Assembly (NCBI GenBank): GCA_036172245.1
Contig: JAYWIR010000009.1
Location: 1,550,001-1,614,000, forward strand
From: Raillietiella orientalis
Lineage: Eukaryota
DNA: 64,000 nt
Direction: 5' to 3'
Position numbers and translations under genes: made by a program. The notes beneath the pieces were generated by a model. It was not told the origin of the DNA. It worked only from the letters and a program-made list of their open reading frames with translations, and did no database searches. Positions 26,182 through 39,830 of the stretch are shown piece after piece. Every line of letters begins with the position of its first letter. Positions within the stretch are counted from its first letter, which is position 1.

Positions 26182-27249
26182 CGACGTCTGCATAAACTTG
26201 GAATATTCCTAATTGAGTTATTTGCAAGTTCTCATAATCAGGATCCAGTTTCTTCTTTCCTATATCTGCGACCATACAGAAAAACACACACACATTCGGA
26301 ACAGAATGGGCAGCCTCGATTTACACAATTCTGAGGCACTTTCGCATATTTTCCTGACCACCTATGTCCCCAGGAATATTCCAACACGATCAAAGATACG
26401 GCATTTCCAATTACTAGACATGTAGGTGTACACAAAGAAATTTCACTTTCATCAAAGTCATCATCCGTGCGAGCATTCCTATGACCTGTCACCGGATGCA
26501 TCTCAATCGACTGAGGGAAGGGCAAACAAGGATGACCCAAAACAAAACACAAAATAAAAAAAAAAAACCTGAAGCAGCAAATTTGAATTGACTACTTGGA
26601 ATGGGTCGTCGCCATGCAGAGCAAACTTCTAATTAGCTGCTCCACACAAAGCAATTTCATTCAACTGTACTACACACACGTACTCATGGATTGCACCCTA
26701 CACGTGTACGTTAACAGCTCAGCTGCACTCTTCCACATGAACAGTGTGAACACTGCCGATTCGATGGAATCTGCAGCATGTCTTTTTTCTACTGCTCTAC
26801 AATAGAAATTGCTGTCATTCTGATAGGAAATGCTGTTCAAAGAGAAAAGCGAAACAGAGGAGGAAGACGGCAAATCAGACTCACAGAATTACCACCATAA
26901 TATATCTTCACGACGTTAAGAAGGCTTGCAGAAATGTGCTTTATAAGGGGGGGGGGGGGCTTCAAAGAATTCAAAACTTTATAAGACGGCGCAAGAGCAA
27001 CGGTTTGGTCATCTCCCAGTTCGTTGCTGTGTGACACTCGCTTTGAAAAATTGAAATATTACGAAAAAGATGTTGTTTGTATAAATTCCCTCTTCCTGTC
27101 AACAAAATTCATGTCAGTCGAGTACAAGTAGTAGTAGTAGTAGTAGTGTCCTCATGAATTACATTTGTATTCGGTGCACAGAAATTCGAATTCCAGGCCT
27201 GGCAACATTGCATTGACGGATCCAAATGTTACGCCAAAAAAAAAAAGAG

Positions 27250-27800
27250 ATGCAGTTTCCGGGCAACGGTCCGTTCGTGATTACAGGCATCTGTACCAAA
27301 TTCTTCACCAGGACCGGTCAAAGAGAAATTGCTGGAAACGTCGCGGCCATGTTTGGCGGGAAAGCACAGGGAAAGGCGTCCGGGAATTCGGATTCCTGTT
27401 CACTGGGTAACGAAATTTAAAGTAGGTTTCAATTTGCATACGATAATTGTGTGGTCCAATTTGCATGAAAACAGTGTCGACTGAGAATTCCATCCCACCT
27501 ATTGATCAGTTCGCTAAAACTCTAGAAAAAAAAAAGAAGGAAAAAAAATACTCCCATTTTACGCAAACTGACGCAGATCCATAACCGACGCCCGCATCTC
27601 CATGAGCCTCCCTACTCATACCATGGAAGTTCTCCATTTTTCCAAAGTGAACTCATTTCAGCTCATCGTGATTGGTTCCCGTCAAACTTCCGATCCCGAA
27701 CGATCTCAAAAGAACTTCTGGAAATTAGCGGGAGGATCCCACACCGAAAGGAAGGAAACTCCGCATGCTCCGAGACCGTGAAAGATCTGGACCAACGGAG
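27250..27800 (+). mobile_element. Possible decayed Tc1-like transposase in CRIP intron 2
   Basis: VITG...FFTRTG (~TDE..FTR.G); GHVW...G; DWFP/NFW remnants. Weak. Confidence 0.3.
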
Positions 27801-28166
27801 GCAAAAGTCGAACTTTGGCACTGCGCTCGGGATTTACGTTTCATTTTCAATTGGTCAAGGAATCCACATGCAAATCATCGAAACGCTGGAGGCTGCGTGC
27901 ACCTCTGTACATAACCAAATCTGCTGCGCATACACTTATTGTCAACACTTTCCTAGAAGAGCGAAAGGAGAGCGAACTTTTACGGCCTTTATCTCCAATA
28001 AATCCAAATTCATGTGCGGAATGCACGGGGAGCACAGACAACGGCGCCCTCAATCAAACGCATCCCCAGAAACAAAGTACACATTGCCGTACTCAATGAC
28101 ACCCACAGAAAGTAAACCGGGAGCAATTCGTTGTCGTCCAGCTGGGAAATTAAAACAAGATCGGGT

Positions 28167-28196
28167 ACTACTACTACTACTAGTAGTAGTAGTAGT
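28167..28196. repeat. Self-complementary microsatellite (ACT)5(AGT)5
   Basis: Read directly. A similar (ACT)8(AGT)5 lies at 28836-28874. Confidence 0.9.
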
Positions 28197-31100
28197 TCTT
28201 CCGTTTCCTGTCTTCTGATGATTATGCTCGAGAAAAACGCAGCCGTGGTCCAAACACTCGGAAATACCAAGCCGACTCGCTACTCTGCGTTGGCTCCTTT
28301 TCCGAAATATCGCCTCTCCTATTTTCACAATTTACTGCTTTATTACTTTTCCATGAATTCTCTGGCCATAAATTATTTGTTCACAACAAACCGACTCAAA
28401 GACACGGTCAGTTCGCTTTCGAAACAGAATTTAGCAAGCACTGCCACCTATGCATGACCTTAGCCCTGAAGATAGGATGAACCATCCATTTCTCAAAACT
28501 CCACACATCAATCACGAGATGAAAGGAAAAATGTTCCCTTCTAATGCTGGTATTTAGCTAAGTGTTAATGTGTCTCTCATTTTCATAAACCCACGGATAA
28601 AAATGCTTTAAGGCTGCAAATGACTGTTTTGTATCGTCACGAAATAATTCCGTCCATGCTGGACTGAAGTAGTCAGAATCCACTACGGGACTGAAGTAGG
28701 TTTTTTTTTTTTTTCCTTTCTACGTATGGGACGTGTGTGTGAAGAAAACATGTAAAATTGAAACAACCGTCAGGGATGACGCCACGCGATCAGCGCTGCC
28801 ATCTACTAGAGAGAAAATCAACTCTCGTCTCATGAACTACTACTACTACTACTACTACTAGTAGTAGTAGTAGTACTAAACTTCACACGTTTCACGCCAG
28901 CTAGGTTTCGCAAACAGGGCCATGCAGTTTGAAATGGCCACTTTTTCCTTACTAAACACTATGTGATAAAAACAAGGATAAATTGCAAGCATCGCATTAC
29001 CCAATCGCACAAGCACGTTACTGCTCATGCAAATATTTTGGGGAATAATAAACTCTCCGGTGCAGTAGAAACTGCGAATAGATGCAAGGAGGGGGGGGGG
29101 GGGGGTGAGGGAAACAGTGGATGAAACGGAAAGACGCGAACGAAATCGTTCCCATATGTAACACAGCCGCATGCTGATCAAAAGTTACAGCATCCCTTCT
29201 TCAGGTTTTCAGCTTCGCACGTTATAAAGTTGTCAGTGGGCGATTTCTGGACGGCACAAAGTTCCCAATGAAACGCATGCTGGAGAACAAACACACAGAC
29301 TTTTCAAAAACGCACCATTGTGTGATAAGTGATAAATGGACGTTGGTCACATTAGGCAATCTCACGCAGCCGAAGCCAACACGGGATATTTTTCGGAAGA
29401 AGGCAAAAAAAAAAAAAAAAACGTCAAAGGCAAAAAAAAAAAAAAAAATCTCCGGGGAGAGAGATGCAATCGCAGCCACGATTTTCTTCTTGCCACCATA
29501 GCGCACGCCGTTTCTTCCGGGCAAAGTGCAAAGTGGTACAGGAGGCGTAGAGGAGATTCACGATCGAAAGGGAATGCTCGTCGCAGTGCCGACGTGAAAG
29601 ATCATCGTTAATAATTCATTAAAAACATATTACAACAGATCTGAGACGTCCGAGCTCACAGAGTGCAAACATTCGCGGAGGATCGCATATCCCCTCGGAA
29701 CACATGCAACAAGCAATGGTGGGAATTGATTGCCAAACCTGGATGGAAAAGGAAACTACGGGAGAGGGGAAAAAGATGTAAAAAGGTCTGCAAAAAAGCA
29801 CCCGTAGAAAAAAACCTGCGATTACAAATCACGGTGAAAGCGAATCGATCCAAGAAACTCTCCATAAGAGCGAAATTTTATAAAACTGCCCAGGAATTCA
29901 CAGGTGGCGTACAAAGAGCACAAAAAAGGACATGCGAGAAGACGAAATCCCCACGGGGGATGCGTTCGGATCCACATCAGTGGTGCACGCAGTTAATAGG
30001 TGGAATGCCAACTGCTGGACGTAAAACAAAAACACGCACACACACAGGAAAAAAAAAAAAAAACACCGACGCGGACAGGAGAAATCCGATCCGGAAGAGA
30101 GGAGAACCCACCAGGAACGACACCACGTGACGACGAACACGAGCGAACACGAACCGCGAGCGGGAATCCCGGTGTCTGGTGGGCTACACGGATGAGCCAG
30201 GAGCACCCACCCTCGATGCATCCCTACGACGTGTGCGTGGACCGGGAAGAGAGCCACAGAGGATCGGAGGCATTCATCTCAGTGGGCTCACAAGGCAACT
30301 CTGGGAGGCCATGATGGATCCGAACGCTGATGGTCCACGGCGCACGCAGTCTCAGAAATCAACAGCCAAGTACACGGTCAAAAGGAGAAAACTTTTGCTA
30401 ATGATCCGCAACACGAATAAAAATAAAAAATAAAATACAGGGCGCAATTCGTAATCCGAATGTGAAGGGGGGGGGGGGGGGGAAAGAAGGAAAGTCTGAA
30501 CATAAAGGTAAAATGCGACGCTTGGAAGCGATGGTGATGAAAATCGAAAATTCCTCCGGGGAAATTCAAATGTTCGAGGGGGGGGGGGCAACACGATTAA
30601 AAATTCAAGTATGTGCCTTGTTTGGCGAACGCACATGATATGATGCACAGAGCAGGGATCGCACATACGTCGAAACATGAGAGAAATGATTCACAGCAGC
30701 AAAGAAAAGACAATGAGTGCTTAAAGGTGCTCAAAGAACACGAAACTTCCAAAACCCAATCGGCAGCACCGAACCGAACGGTGACAGACAGTGACTGTGC
30801 TCACAACCCTTGCAAAAGTTTCGTAACCAACGCATGGGAGCGAATTCACAGACATTACAGATATTCCGCCTGACAATCGCTCAGCATCAGGGAATGGTGG
30901 AGCAGACGAACAATGACGGAGGGGTGGTGGGGTCATCCTAACTGAATGGGGGGGAGGGGGGCGACAGAAACGAAAGTGTTCGAATACGACACGGATGACC
31001 AGCAAAGCTTCCGGCCACGAGAGTGGACCCACGGTGTCGAAAACTGGGGGGGTGCGGGTGGGAAAGGAATCAAGCAAAGATGAAGCATTTCGGCAGATCA

Positions 31101-33859
31101 TTCTGCTGTTTCCACGGGGAACCCACGCGAAGCATCAGGAAGAGGGAAAGGAAAGCGGAAACAGGTCCGTCGTGCGTTGCTTGGTTACGGCGACCAAAGG
31201 AGAACACACGTCTCTCCGCATCACAGTTTATCTGCATGCAAAAAGATCTTCAAAGCATTGAGAGGCATCTATTCGGATGAACAAATTCAGAATGCTGAAG
31301 GATATGGGTGCTGCAGTTAGTAATGCGTGTTCGTACATCAAAAGGGAGTGGAGGTACTTGTATTACCCAGCCAGCATGTGGGGAAGAATACAAAAAATGG
31401 GGAAAAATTACAACGGGAAAAGGCATCCGTTTGAAGGATGTCAAGCTAAAGGAAAACAGGTCCTGGAGAGCTCGTTTCAACTTTCGTCACTGGTTTTCAA
31501 GGTAAAAAGTTATTTAAAGGAAAATTTCAATTCGAGATAAGATGAGCTTCCACCAATTTATTTTCCTCGGTCATAGGGACCATCGTGTGCGAAGGGAAGG
31601 AAATAAAAAGAGTGGAATAAAAAAGAGTGGAAACGCACAAATGTAGCACGAATTGCGTATACGGTTGAAATATGAGCGCGAAAATCCATCTGTGATAAAA
31701 AAAAAAAAAAAAAAAAAAAACGTGGTACACAAAGTGAAACAACTGACAGGATTTGACTTGAGAACAGCAGCAAGGCAAAATAAAAGCCTTCGAAGAAGAA
31801 GAAGAAGAAAAATGCAGTCAAGTTAACTACTTGAACTGATCACGAAAAGATCACGAAAAAAAAAAAAAAAAATTTTTTTTCTTTTTCTTTTTTTTTTTTT
31901 TTTAAACATTTAAATAAGTAAAGTCCGCAAGAAAAATGTTGGAAGGCATGAAATGATATGGGAAAAAAACATTCCGCACAAAAAAGAAGAGTTGTGTGAT
32001 TGGTGCTTTGAAGGATTTTCGCTTTCGCCGATTTGAATTCGCACCGTCTATATAGAAGGCTTCCTAAAATGGAAGCGAACGCATCATTCCACGGCAAGAC
32101 GAACGGAAGGCTACGCTTGAAGGAAGCATTCGGAAGCAGCGGAAAACGATCCGCTCCCGAATCTTCAGATGCAGCTTCCCGCGGGACCCAGACAGTCAGC
32201 GTCGGAAAATTTCTCGAATTTTCCGACGCTGAAAGTGCGCAGGGAAAAAGACTCAAACACGAAGCACACCCCACATGCAAATGTGGTAAATTGGCGTTGG
32301 GAAATCGGCCAGCATACGAAAGGACGAACTTCATTCCCATTCAACATTGGCGCCCAAACCGTGCGAAGCACCATCTCTTCTGATTAGTCTTTTCACGCTG
32401 TTCTGCTCGGGTCTAATTGCCTGGCAGCTGTAATTGCTTGACCGTGATTTCTGAAAACTGAAGGAACAACCATTTTTTCCCCCTTCTTCTTCTCCTCCTA
32501 AATCACCGAGTACGAGTGAGACGACACCACATAAGGATGAATACGGTTTTGGGCAAAATCTTCAATCCACGCTTTTGACACGAAACCTTTACGACACGTC
32601 GACCCACGTGGCAGCAGCAATCGTATGGACGAGACGTTCGTTGTTTTCGTTCCTTTGTACACAAATATTCTAAATTTGTTTCCACATTTTTACCAGCCCT
32701 CGAAACGCCCCGGGCACGAAGACTTCGAACGACGGAGTCATCGAAATTGCTTCTCTTCCGGTTTTTCCCCGATTGTGCATTCTGCGGAATTTGATCAAAG
32801 TAGCACTTTGTAGAAAACCATCCCAGTCGTGTTCGACGGTTGCACAGCAACGCGCGTTCCACTCGCCATCCCGCCGTTCCCGACACGAACCATGGGAACT
32901 CGGGGAATGTTGCCAGATGTCCCCACACGCAACCAGACGCGATCCCAAGACAACAGCGACTGCTGTTAGCATCACCCCTAACCGATGGAAACGAACCAGT
33001 GCTTGCGCCCCTCTCTAAACCACCACCTTGAAACCACGGAACCACCACCTAAGAGAAACAGACCCAATGCCTTCGAACAACGAACGAGTAACCCTTGCTG
33101 TCTTTGGCCGTTCACTGTAACGGCAATTGAAACTGAGAATCCAAAGCGAGCCACCAGTTGTCCCAAACACAGTACTTCCCGCGCAGAGTTCAAGACTGAC
33201 CGCATTGGTCATCCTCGAGACCACATTTTCCCACTTGGGCCGACCGCACCAACTCCTCCGATATGCATTCACTCGGTAAACTTTACCGAACCGCAACGTT
33301 TTCATTAACTGCGTACGAATCGCATCTATGCGGAGGTTTGGTGCAAGCATCCTCTGCAGCCATTTTCTGACGGCAAGGGGATGTGAAAGCACAGGAAGAT
33401 CAAGGAACACCTCTTTTGATCTCGCTGATCGAGATGTTGAGCCCCAAAGAAAAGAGGAAAAAATGAAAACATGGTACAGCACCTGCTGAAAATGCATACA
33501 GAGGACTTGGAAATTGAGGGAACGAGCAGAGTGGATGGGAAAGTTGAAAGTTGACACAGGATTCGTACAGGCCAGAAATAACGGTATCACCCCCTTCCAG
33601 GAAGACACACACACACACACACACACAAAAAAAAAAGGCACATTTCAGCGTATTTTATGCATCAAAAGGGCGTGCTCGGTTCTGTAATTATAAATAGTCA
33701 TTGAAAATGCTGCTGAAGATGGAAATCACGAACGGTAACAACCTTCTGCTTGCGAACTACAAACGTTCTCCTTTCTGTGGAATTCTTTAATTAAAGGCAA
33801 AGAATACGGGAAAGACAACGGGCAGTCGAGTCCCCCCCCCCCCACCGAAACAAAAAATC

Positions 33860-34480
33860 ACACGAAGGGATTTCCCGACTGACTGCTTCCACTCCGAATC
33901 CGAACTTTCTGATGCAGCTTGAAATCCATGGAAACGCCGAAGAGTGCGTCAACCAAAGGTGGCTCCTGCACCATTCCTAAATCGGAACGATGTCCACAAA
34001 AGTGGTTCCAGAAATCTGTTCCGAATGTCTACTGGTGTGGACTTCGCCCCTGGGAATGCAATTTCCAACACGGGAGCTCAGGAGAAACACGCGGAATGAC
34101 ATTCGCGAATAGGAAAGTGCGAGAGCACAGTTCCTGCCTGAGAGACTCAGTGGGAGAAGAAGGAGAAAAAGGACGAAATCTTCTCAAATACCGATCCAAA
34201 GCAAGCCCGTCATCGTACCACGTTGGTCTTCCGCAAAGACCAGCTTGACTTTTTTGCCGCTGCTGCCGCCTGTCGCCACTTGCGAATGTGCCATTTTGTG
34301 AAACACTCCCATCACGTATCCTGCTAAATGGAAATTCCCTCATCCACAAGTAAGTCCTTTCAGACGGCACGCCCTAACTTACGTTTCCGGCTCTGTGAGC
34401 CTCGCGTACACTCCCGCGCTCATCTCCCACACTCCCCTCTGCGAGTGGGATCAGGAAGCGCGACTGATCCTCGTTTCCAA
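33860..34480 (+). mobile_element. Decayed Tc1/mariner (DD41D-like) transposase in CRIP intron 2
   Basis: CFH; METP; KSVPNVYWCGL (~SPKVNVWCG); LPRSSPT / TPL..W (~PPRSPD.TP...W). Confidence 0.45.
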
Positions 34481-35580
34481 GGGAACGGCCACTCTCGGTT
34501 CAACGGGTTTCGGTAGCTTGAAGATGTCAAACGACTGCGCGCAGAATCCCACAGAATGGATGGGGAACCGTTTCGAGTTCCCGACCGTTCCTGCATGTGT
34601 TCTAAAAAATCAAGCCTTCTTTTTTTTTCTTTTTTTTACACTGAAAGTTCTGCTATGCTTCCTCTCCAGATTTTCAACTCGACTAAGGCATAGGCGTTTC
34701 CTTTCGCTATGTCAAACCCGAGGAATCGAATTTCAAATCTATGGTTGGCCACTCTTCTCGTGAGAGGCAATAAAGTTTCCATCTTGTTTTCAGAAAACCT
34801 TCCCCTTCGAGAGCACTCCTGCGGACGCCTCCATCCATCTCCATGATCAGACGCGCAACATCCGACCGTACACTCGGATTTAGGAAGTGTTCCGACACAA
34901 TTAATGTGTTTGAAGGGAACGACTGAAGAGAGAGACAGACCATTTCGAAAAGTGGCCGCCAAGTGAAAGTCGCCCTCAGGAGTCATGACATGGGTCGGGG
35001 GCCGAAGACCGTGGATCACGTCCGACGCACATGGAACGCCGCCGCTCCCCGTGTTATTTTCTCACCTCACCCTGGCGACCGCATCCTGGCTACGGAGCAC
35101 AGGGCGAGCCGCCGCCTCCGAAGGTGGAATCACCATCGAACGGAACCTCATTCACGCATGAGAATTCCTGCCACATAATGCAGCACGTGTTTTTTGGGCT
35201 CTTCCAGACTGGCAAACATTTGCAAGATGGCGGAACTCCAGCAGCTGCAAATCCACTTTATTAGGCTCCGGCATTTCCTACGCCGTATTTTCCAACGTTT
35301 AATGCAGAACGTGGAGCGCAACAGCAGATTTTTCCTTCAACGCCTTGCCGTAAAGAAGGGAAGAAGAAGAAGAAGAATCACGACGTTCAAGCGTTCTCGG
35401 TTTTGCATCCGCAGATGAAGTACCGTGAAAATCTGCAGGCTGCAGGTCGGACGCCCAATGTACCGATCCTCTGGACGATGGAGGAGAGCACACCTCGTCA
35501 CCGTTGCCAAGGGTCTCCAGAGCGGAGCTCGAAAAACACGAACACGCCAAATCCAAGAACGGGGGGTTCAGAAGCGCGCG

Positions 35581-35610
35581 CACGTACACAGCCCCGGGGC
35601 TGTGTACGTG
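35581..35610. repeat. Perfect 30-bp spacerless palindrome
   Basis: cacgtacacagcccc|ggggctgtgtacgtg. Confidence 0.95.
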
Positions 35611-36652
35611 TACACGAACCGCAACACGAACCCCATGCAATCCGTAATGCAGCGGGTGACTGCAGTCGGAAGAACGAGCTTCTAGAATAGTACAGTGATG
35701 CTTTCGTCAGGACCGAAATGGGGGGGAAGCATCCGTTTCGATCCACACCCTAGCTGATGATGATGATGATGACGACGACGATTCCTGCTTTCCAAAATTC
35801 AAAACTCAAAAAAGCGGTGGAATCCCAATTTTGGAAAACCACACATCCCAACCGGTTGTCCGGGAGGAAGCAGATGGAAAACAACGCATCAGATGCACGT
35901 GCAAAAGGACGTACAAACGAAAGACAGGAACGCTGAAGGCAATGTACATTACATGAAACGAGTCGATAGCATGGGATGAAGCAAGGTCACGAAGTGGCAC
36001 AACCGAGGAACCAATCCCGGATGCCCACTCGTGAATAAGGAAAGCGTACACGTTGATTCCGTACACGCCGCCACGCTTCCCCCCCCCCCCCCCGCGCTCG
36101 TACGCCATTCGTTCGCACCACGTGCGTACCGCAATGTACGCGACGTGGAGAATTGTGCCACGAAGGGGTGCAATTTCCATCGTTTGCACCGTGGAAGTTT
36201 GTGGCAGGAAAGCCACAAAGCTTCGATGGTGGCACACAGACGTCGGAGTGCCGAACCCGAAAGCGAATCCCACACTCGAAAATGTGGGAACACTTCCTTT
36301 GCGGTCACAATTCACGAACCGAACCGTTCGAAAGTTTCGAAACCTTTATCCATGATCCACGAGGAAGACGAGAGAGGGGGGAGGGGGAAAAATCTGTACA
36401 GATGCTCGCACTTAGTGTACACCAAGTTGCAGCCTTTCTTCTTTTCTTTTCTTTTTTTCTTTCTTTCTTTCACAATTAAAAAAAAAAAAAAAAAAAATTG
36501 CGACGATTCCCTGAAGGAGAAAAAGAAGCTCCTGCCATAAGAGGGGGGGAAGTGATTCGAAGATAAATGCATTGGAAACAGGTACAATACATACACACCC
36601 TACCCCCCCCCCCCCCCCACACACACACACACACGCACACGCACACGCATAC

Positions 36653-36805
36653 CTATGGGTCCGAATAGGGCTTGATAACAGGGTATATTGCAGTAAGGTT
36701 TTCCATCATGTTCGGCGTGACCTCCAGGAACGAGAACCTTTTTGCACTTTTCGCATTTCAGGCATTGGGCATGCCAATCTTTCCCTAATGATGTCTTCCT
36801 CTCCG
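36653..36805 (-). CDS. CRIP: CRIP coding exon 2: (A)[50 protein letters not shown](G)
   Basis: Acceptor tttatgtacag|CG and donor ATA G|gtatgc; 153 nt, phase 1 to phase 1. The translation is a near-canonical CRIP LIM core ([34 protein letters not shown]). Confidence 0.97.
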
Positions 36806-37404
36806 CTGTACATAAAAACAATCGCTTTCAATCATGGGGAACACTGAGCACAGTCACCAAAAATCATGTGCAACACGTGACCGCAAACGGTCATTTGCAG
36901 GCATGCAGTTCGAAACGAAAATCGAAATCTTCTAGCGTTCAAAAAACACGAACAAGAAAAGAAAAAAGAAAAAAAAAAAAAGAGAGGCAAACCTGAAAAT
37001 ACTCGTAAAATACTTGGAAAATTCCCGATTTAAAAAAGCCGCATGGAGGAGAGAAAAAAAAAAAAGGGAACGTAAAAGCATTTCCGAAGTCATCATCATA
37101 CACCACGTCTGCTTCATCTCGGGATAAAATACGAACGTGACGACTGCCGTATGTAACACACACACACACACACACCGCACAACCCGAGAAGGAAATGATA
37201 ATGACGAAAAAAAGGAAATAAAAAAAAAAAAAAAAAAAAAAACCATACATTCGCAGATGAGAAACATTTCGTGTACACAAACAACGCGTCGAAAAGCGCG
37301 GAACGCCGCACCATGGCAACGGAATTCGCGCCAAAACAGCGTGCGACCGAAAAACTGCATTCGTTCCTGCCAGCAAAAATGAAACTATGGAAAGCATGGC
37401 TTAC

Positions 37405-37444
37405 CGAAATACACAGGTTTGTCGCAGCGTGGGCAATTCGGCAT
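37405..37444 (-). CDS. CRIP: CRIP (cysteine-rich intestinal protein, single LIM domain), coding exon 1: MPNCPRCDKPVYF
   Basis: Minus strand reads acc ATG CCG AAT TGC CCA CGC TGC GAC AAA CCT GTG TAT TTC G|gtaag. It supplies the first CxxC of the LIM domain and matches the CRIP N-terminus (MPKCPKCxKEVYF). The phase-1 donor fits exon 2. Confidence 0.95.
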
Positions 37445-37794
37445 GGTTACTGCTTTGATTGGGACAACCGACTAAGCATTTGGTTCAATTTGATTGAGGC
37501 ATCTCGTAAGTAGGTACAGTTTTGCGAGGAAAAGTTGGCGGGAATGCTCGCCCAGGCTGATAACAAATACGAGTTTATTCAGTTCCGATTTTTCCGAACC
37601 GTATTTTCCTTTTTTCCTTCTCTTTTTTTCCTTCTCTCCCTCTCTCCCTCTCTCCAAACCGACTGCAAGGGAAATTTTCGAAAAGATAACCAAAGAGAAC
37701 ACGCGATAATCGTTTCGTCAGTATTCACAAGTGTGCTGGTGACGCAATCCAAGTGGCAGCACGCTACTGGCTACATCGACTACATAAGAGTTAC

Positions 37795-37923
37795 CAAGTG
37801 CTCCCCGCTGCCAGCAGGCAGCTTTCGCAAGAATCGGCGTGTTTTGAATTGCATTCGGATCGCCAGACCTGCAGTTTGGTGTTGTACCGATGCAAAAACC
37901 GTCTTAGCCGTCCTCCTGAATGA
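37795..37923 (-). promoter_or_regulatory. Possible Initiator and non-coding first exon of CRIP
   Basis: TCATTC (arthropod Inr consensus TCAKTY) at 37923-37918, a TTG|gtaact donor at 37795, and an aagcag acceptor 5 nt upstream of the CRIP ATG. No TATA or DPE seen. These are short motifs that could occur by chance. Confidence 0.25.
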
Positions 37924-37966
37924 ATTTCCACTTCAGCGCCGTGGTACAGAGCGCGAGGAGGTTGTA

Positions 37967-37997
<31 letters not shown>

Positions 37998-39349
37998 CAA
38001 TTCCGCGTAGCGCGCGTAAAAGAAAAAAAAAAAAAAGGCGCGAAAAAAAGAAGGCTCACGCGATCGTTCCCTGGGCTTTGCTAAATGGGGGGGAGGGAGG
38101 AGGGGGCGAGTAGACGAGATCTCGACTTCAGCAGATCCTTTTGAAATCTGTTCCGTCTGTCTTGCAGCAGCAGCAGCGGCAACAACAACAACAACAAGCA
38201 AGAAAGAACGGCTTCAACCTGAACAACATGGAAAATCACGAAAACTCACAGCATCAAGCAGCCGCCGCTCTGAGCCCTGGTCCTCATCGCCCGTTCTCAG
38301 AACACCCTTTCTCGTGGTGCTTTCTACCCGGTGCAACGTCGCTCCGGAAGGCAAAAACACCATCAGGAAGACTGTGCACAAGGCGAAGCCGCGATCGTAA
38401 TGGCATTGTGGCAAATCGCGTGGAAGAAAGCTTCCACCTCATTCGTACTGGCCGGCGTTGGAAACTTTTATCCACTTGAGGGGGGTGGGGGTGGATGGCT
38501 GCCTTCAGCCTTTCTGCCTTTTCTGCCTTGGAACTCGTCGTCGTCGTCGTACCGAAGGGTTTTTTTTTCTCCTCCTCCCCGCTTGCCGGGAAAACCCGGG
38601 GGAAGCTGGATCTGCGCAATGTTCGCGGGAACGCCGTTTTTCCCTTCCGTGCAGCTTCCTCTACCTGCATCCCGGCAGAGGGAACACCCGGGATTCCCGT
38701 GGCGTCTGCAGGGAGACGCGGGAGCGAGCACGTCTCGGGGGAACGTCTCGAGGAGCGTCCCTTTGTGCCGCAGCCTCCTCGTGGAGGAGCTCGCAGTCGG
38801 CTCAGTAGCTCGGAGGCATGGAAGCTGACCGTAACTGAAAGGGAATTCCGTTTTGATATGTATAAAATAATGACGACTCGCCAAACCCCCTCCCCCCCCC
38901 CCCTTGAAAGAAAAAGGAAGGTGAAAATCTGAGCTTTGCAAAATATTTACGCAAACTCTTTCAAATTCGATCGAGTTGTGATAATAGCAGCGATTCGGGT
39001 CCAAATTTTCATCATCTTACGATATTGAAAATCGTTAGAGATGGATGAATTGAACGAGCGATGGGACGTGGGCGGAAAACAGCGTATAGGGAATGTTAAT
39101 GGGTTGTTAAAATTTCGTGTTATGGTAGTGTGTAGTCCTGGATTTATTTGGCGAGTAAGTTTGATAGTTGCGTGTTTTGCTTCAATGTGTAAAGGGAGGG
39201 TTTATTCGTTTAGAAGTTTGCAAACGCTCATTCCTTTAGAAGCCGAGGCGCACTCGAAGGACCAATATTTCATTTTCTCTTCCTTTTTTTTTTTTTTTTT
39301 TTTTTTTTTCCATCACAAGGATCCGCACGCTGGACGCAGATGGCGAAAA

Positions 39350-39830
39350 GCAAAGTGGAGGGTGGAAGCAAACTTTGCGATTATTTTGATATAAATAAAG
39401 CTGACATCGCAAAAGCCCAAAAAGGAAAGAAAGAAAGAGAAAGAGTTTGCCGAAGATCCCTGAGACCAAGGGCTTACGTTGGTTCGCCTCCCGGTTTTAC
39501 GAACTGTGGGGGAGGCGGTCGAAAGCAAAACGTCAAGCCGTGGGCAGTCGTCGGAAAGTCCAAAACGAAAGGACGCATTTCGAAGGTTGAAAAAAGCTTC
39601 CGCGGATCGCGGAGATGCCGTAAGATCATCAGAACTCTCGGCATAAGCGTTTCCGGGCGACGGTAACTTTCCTAAAGGCGATGATGAATCTCCGTACTCT
39701 TTCGTCTGCGTCTTGGAGCAGTTCTGCCGGAGCAGGACCTTATCCATCTCCATAAATCAATTTAGTGGTTCCAACCCAACGGAACCCAGCTTCAGATTCC
39801 CGGTTAATTGCATCTTTTCCAGTTCTGTAC
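39350..39830 (+). mobile_element. Decayed Tc1 (DD34E-like) transposase
   Basis: TNCGGGG...VKPWA (~TVKHGGG..VWG) followed by QFSGSNPTE (~SPDLNPIE). Confidence 0.45.

Noticed and set aside
36215..36285. Minus-strand peptide GFGTPTSVCHHRSF just after CRIP exon 2, reminiscent of the post-LIM segment of insect RASSF, as an alternative third exon
   Set aside because: No AG acceptor puts this frame in phase with the exon-2 donor; the nearby ttttcgag gives another frame. No RA or SARAH domain is visible.
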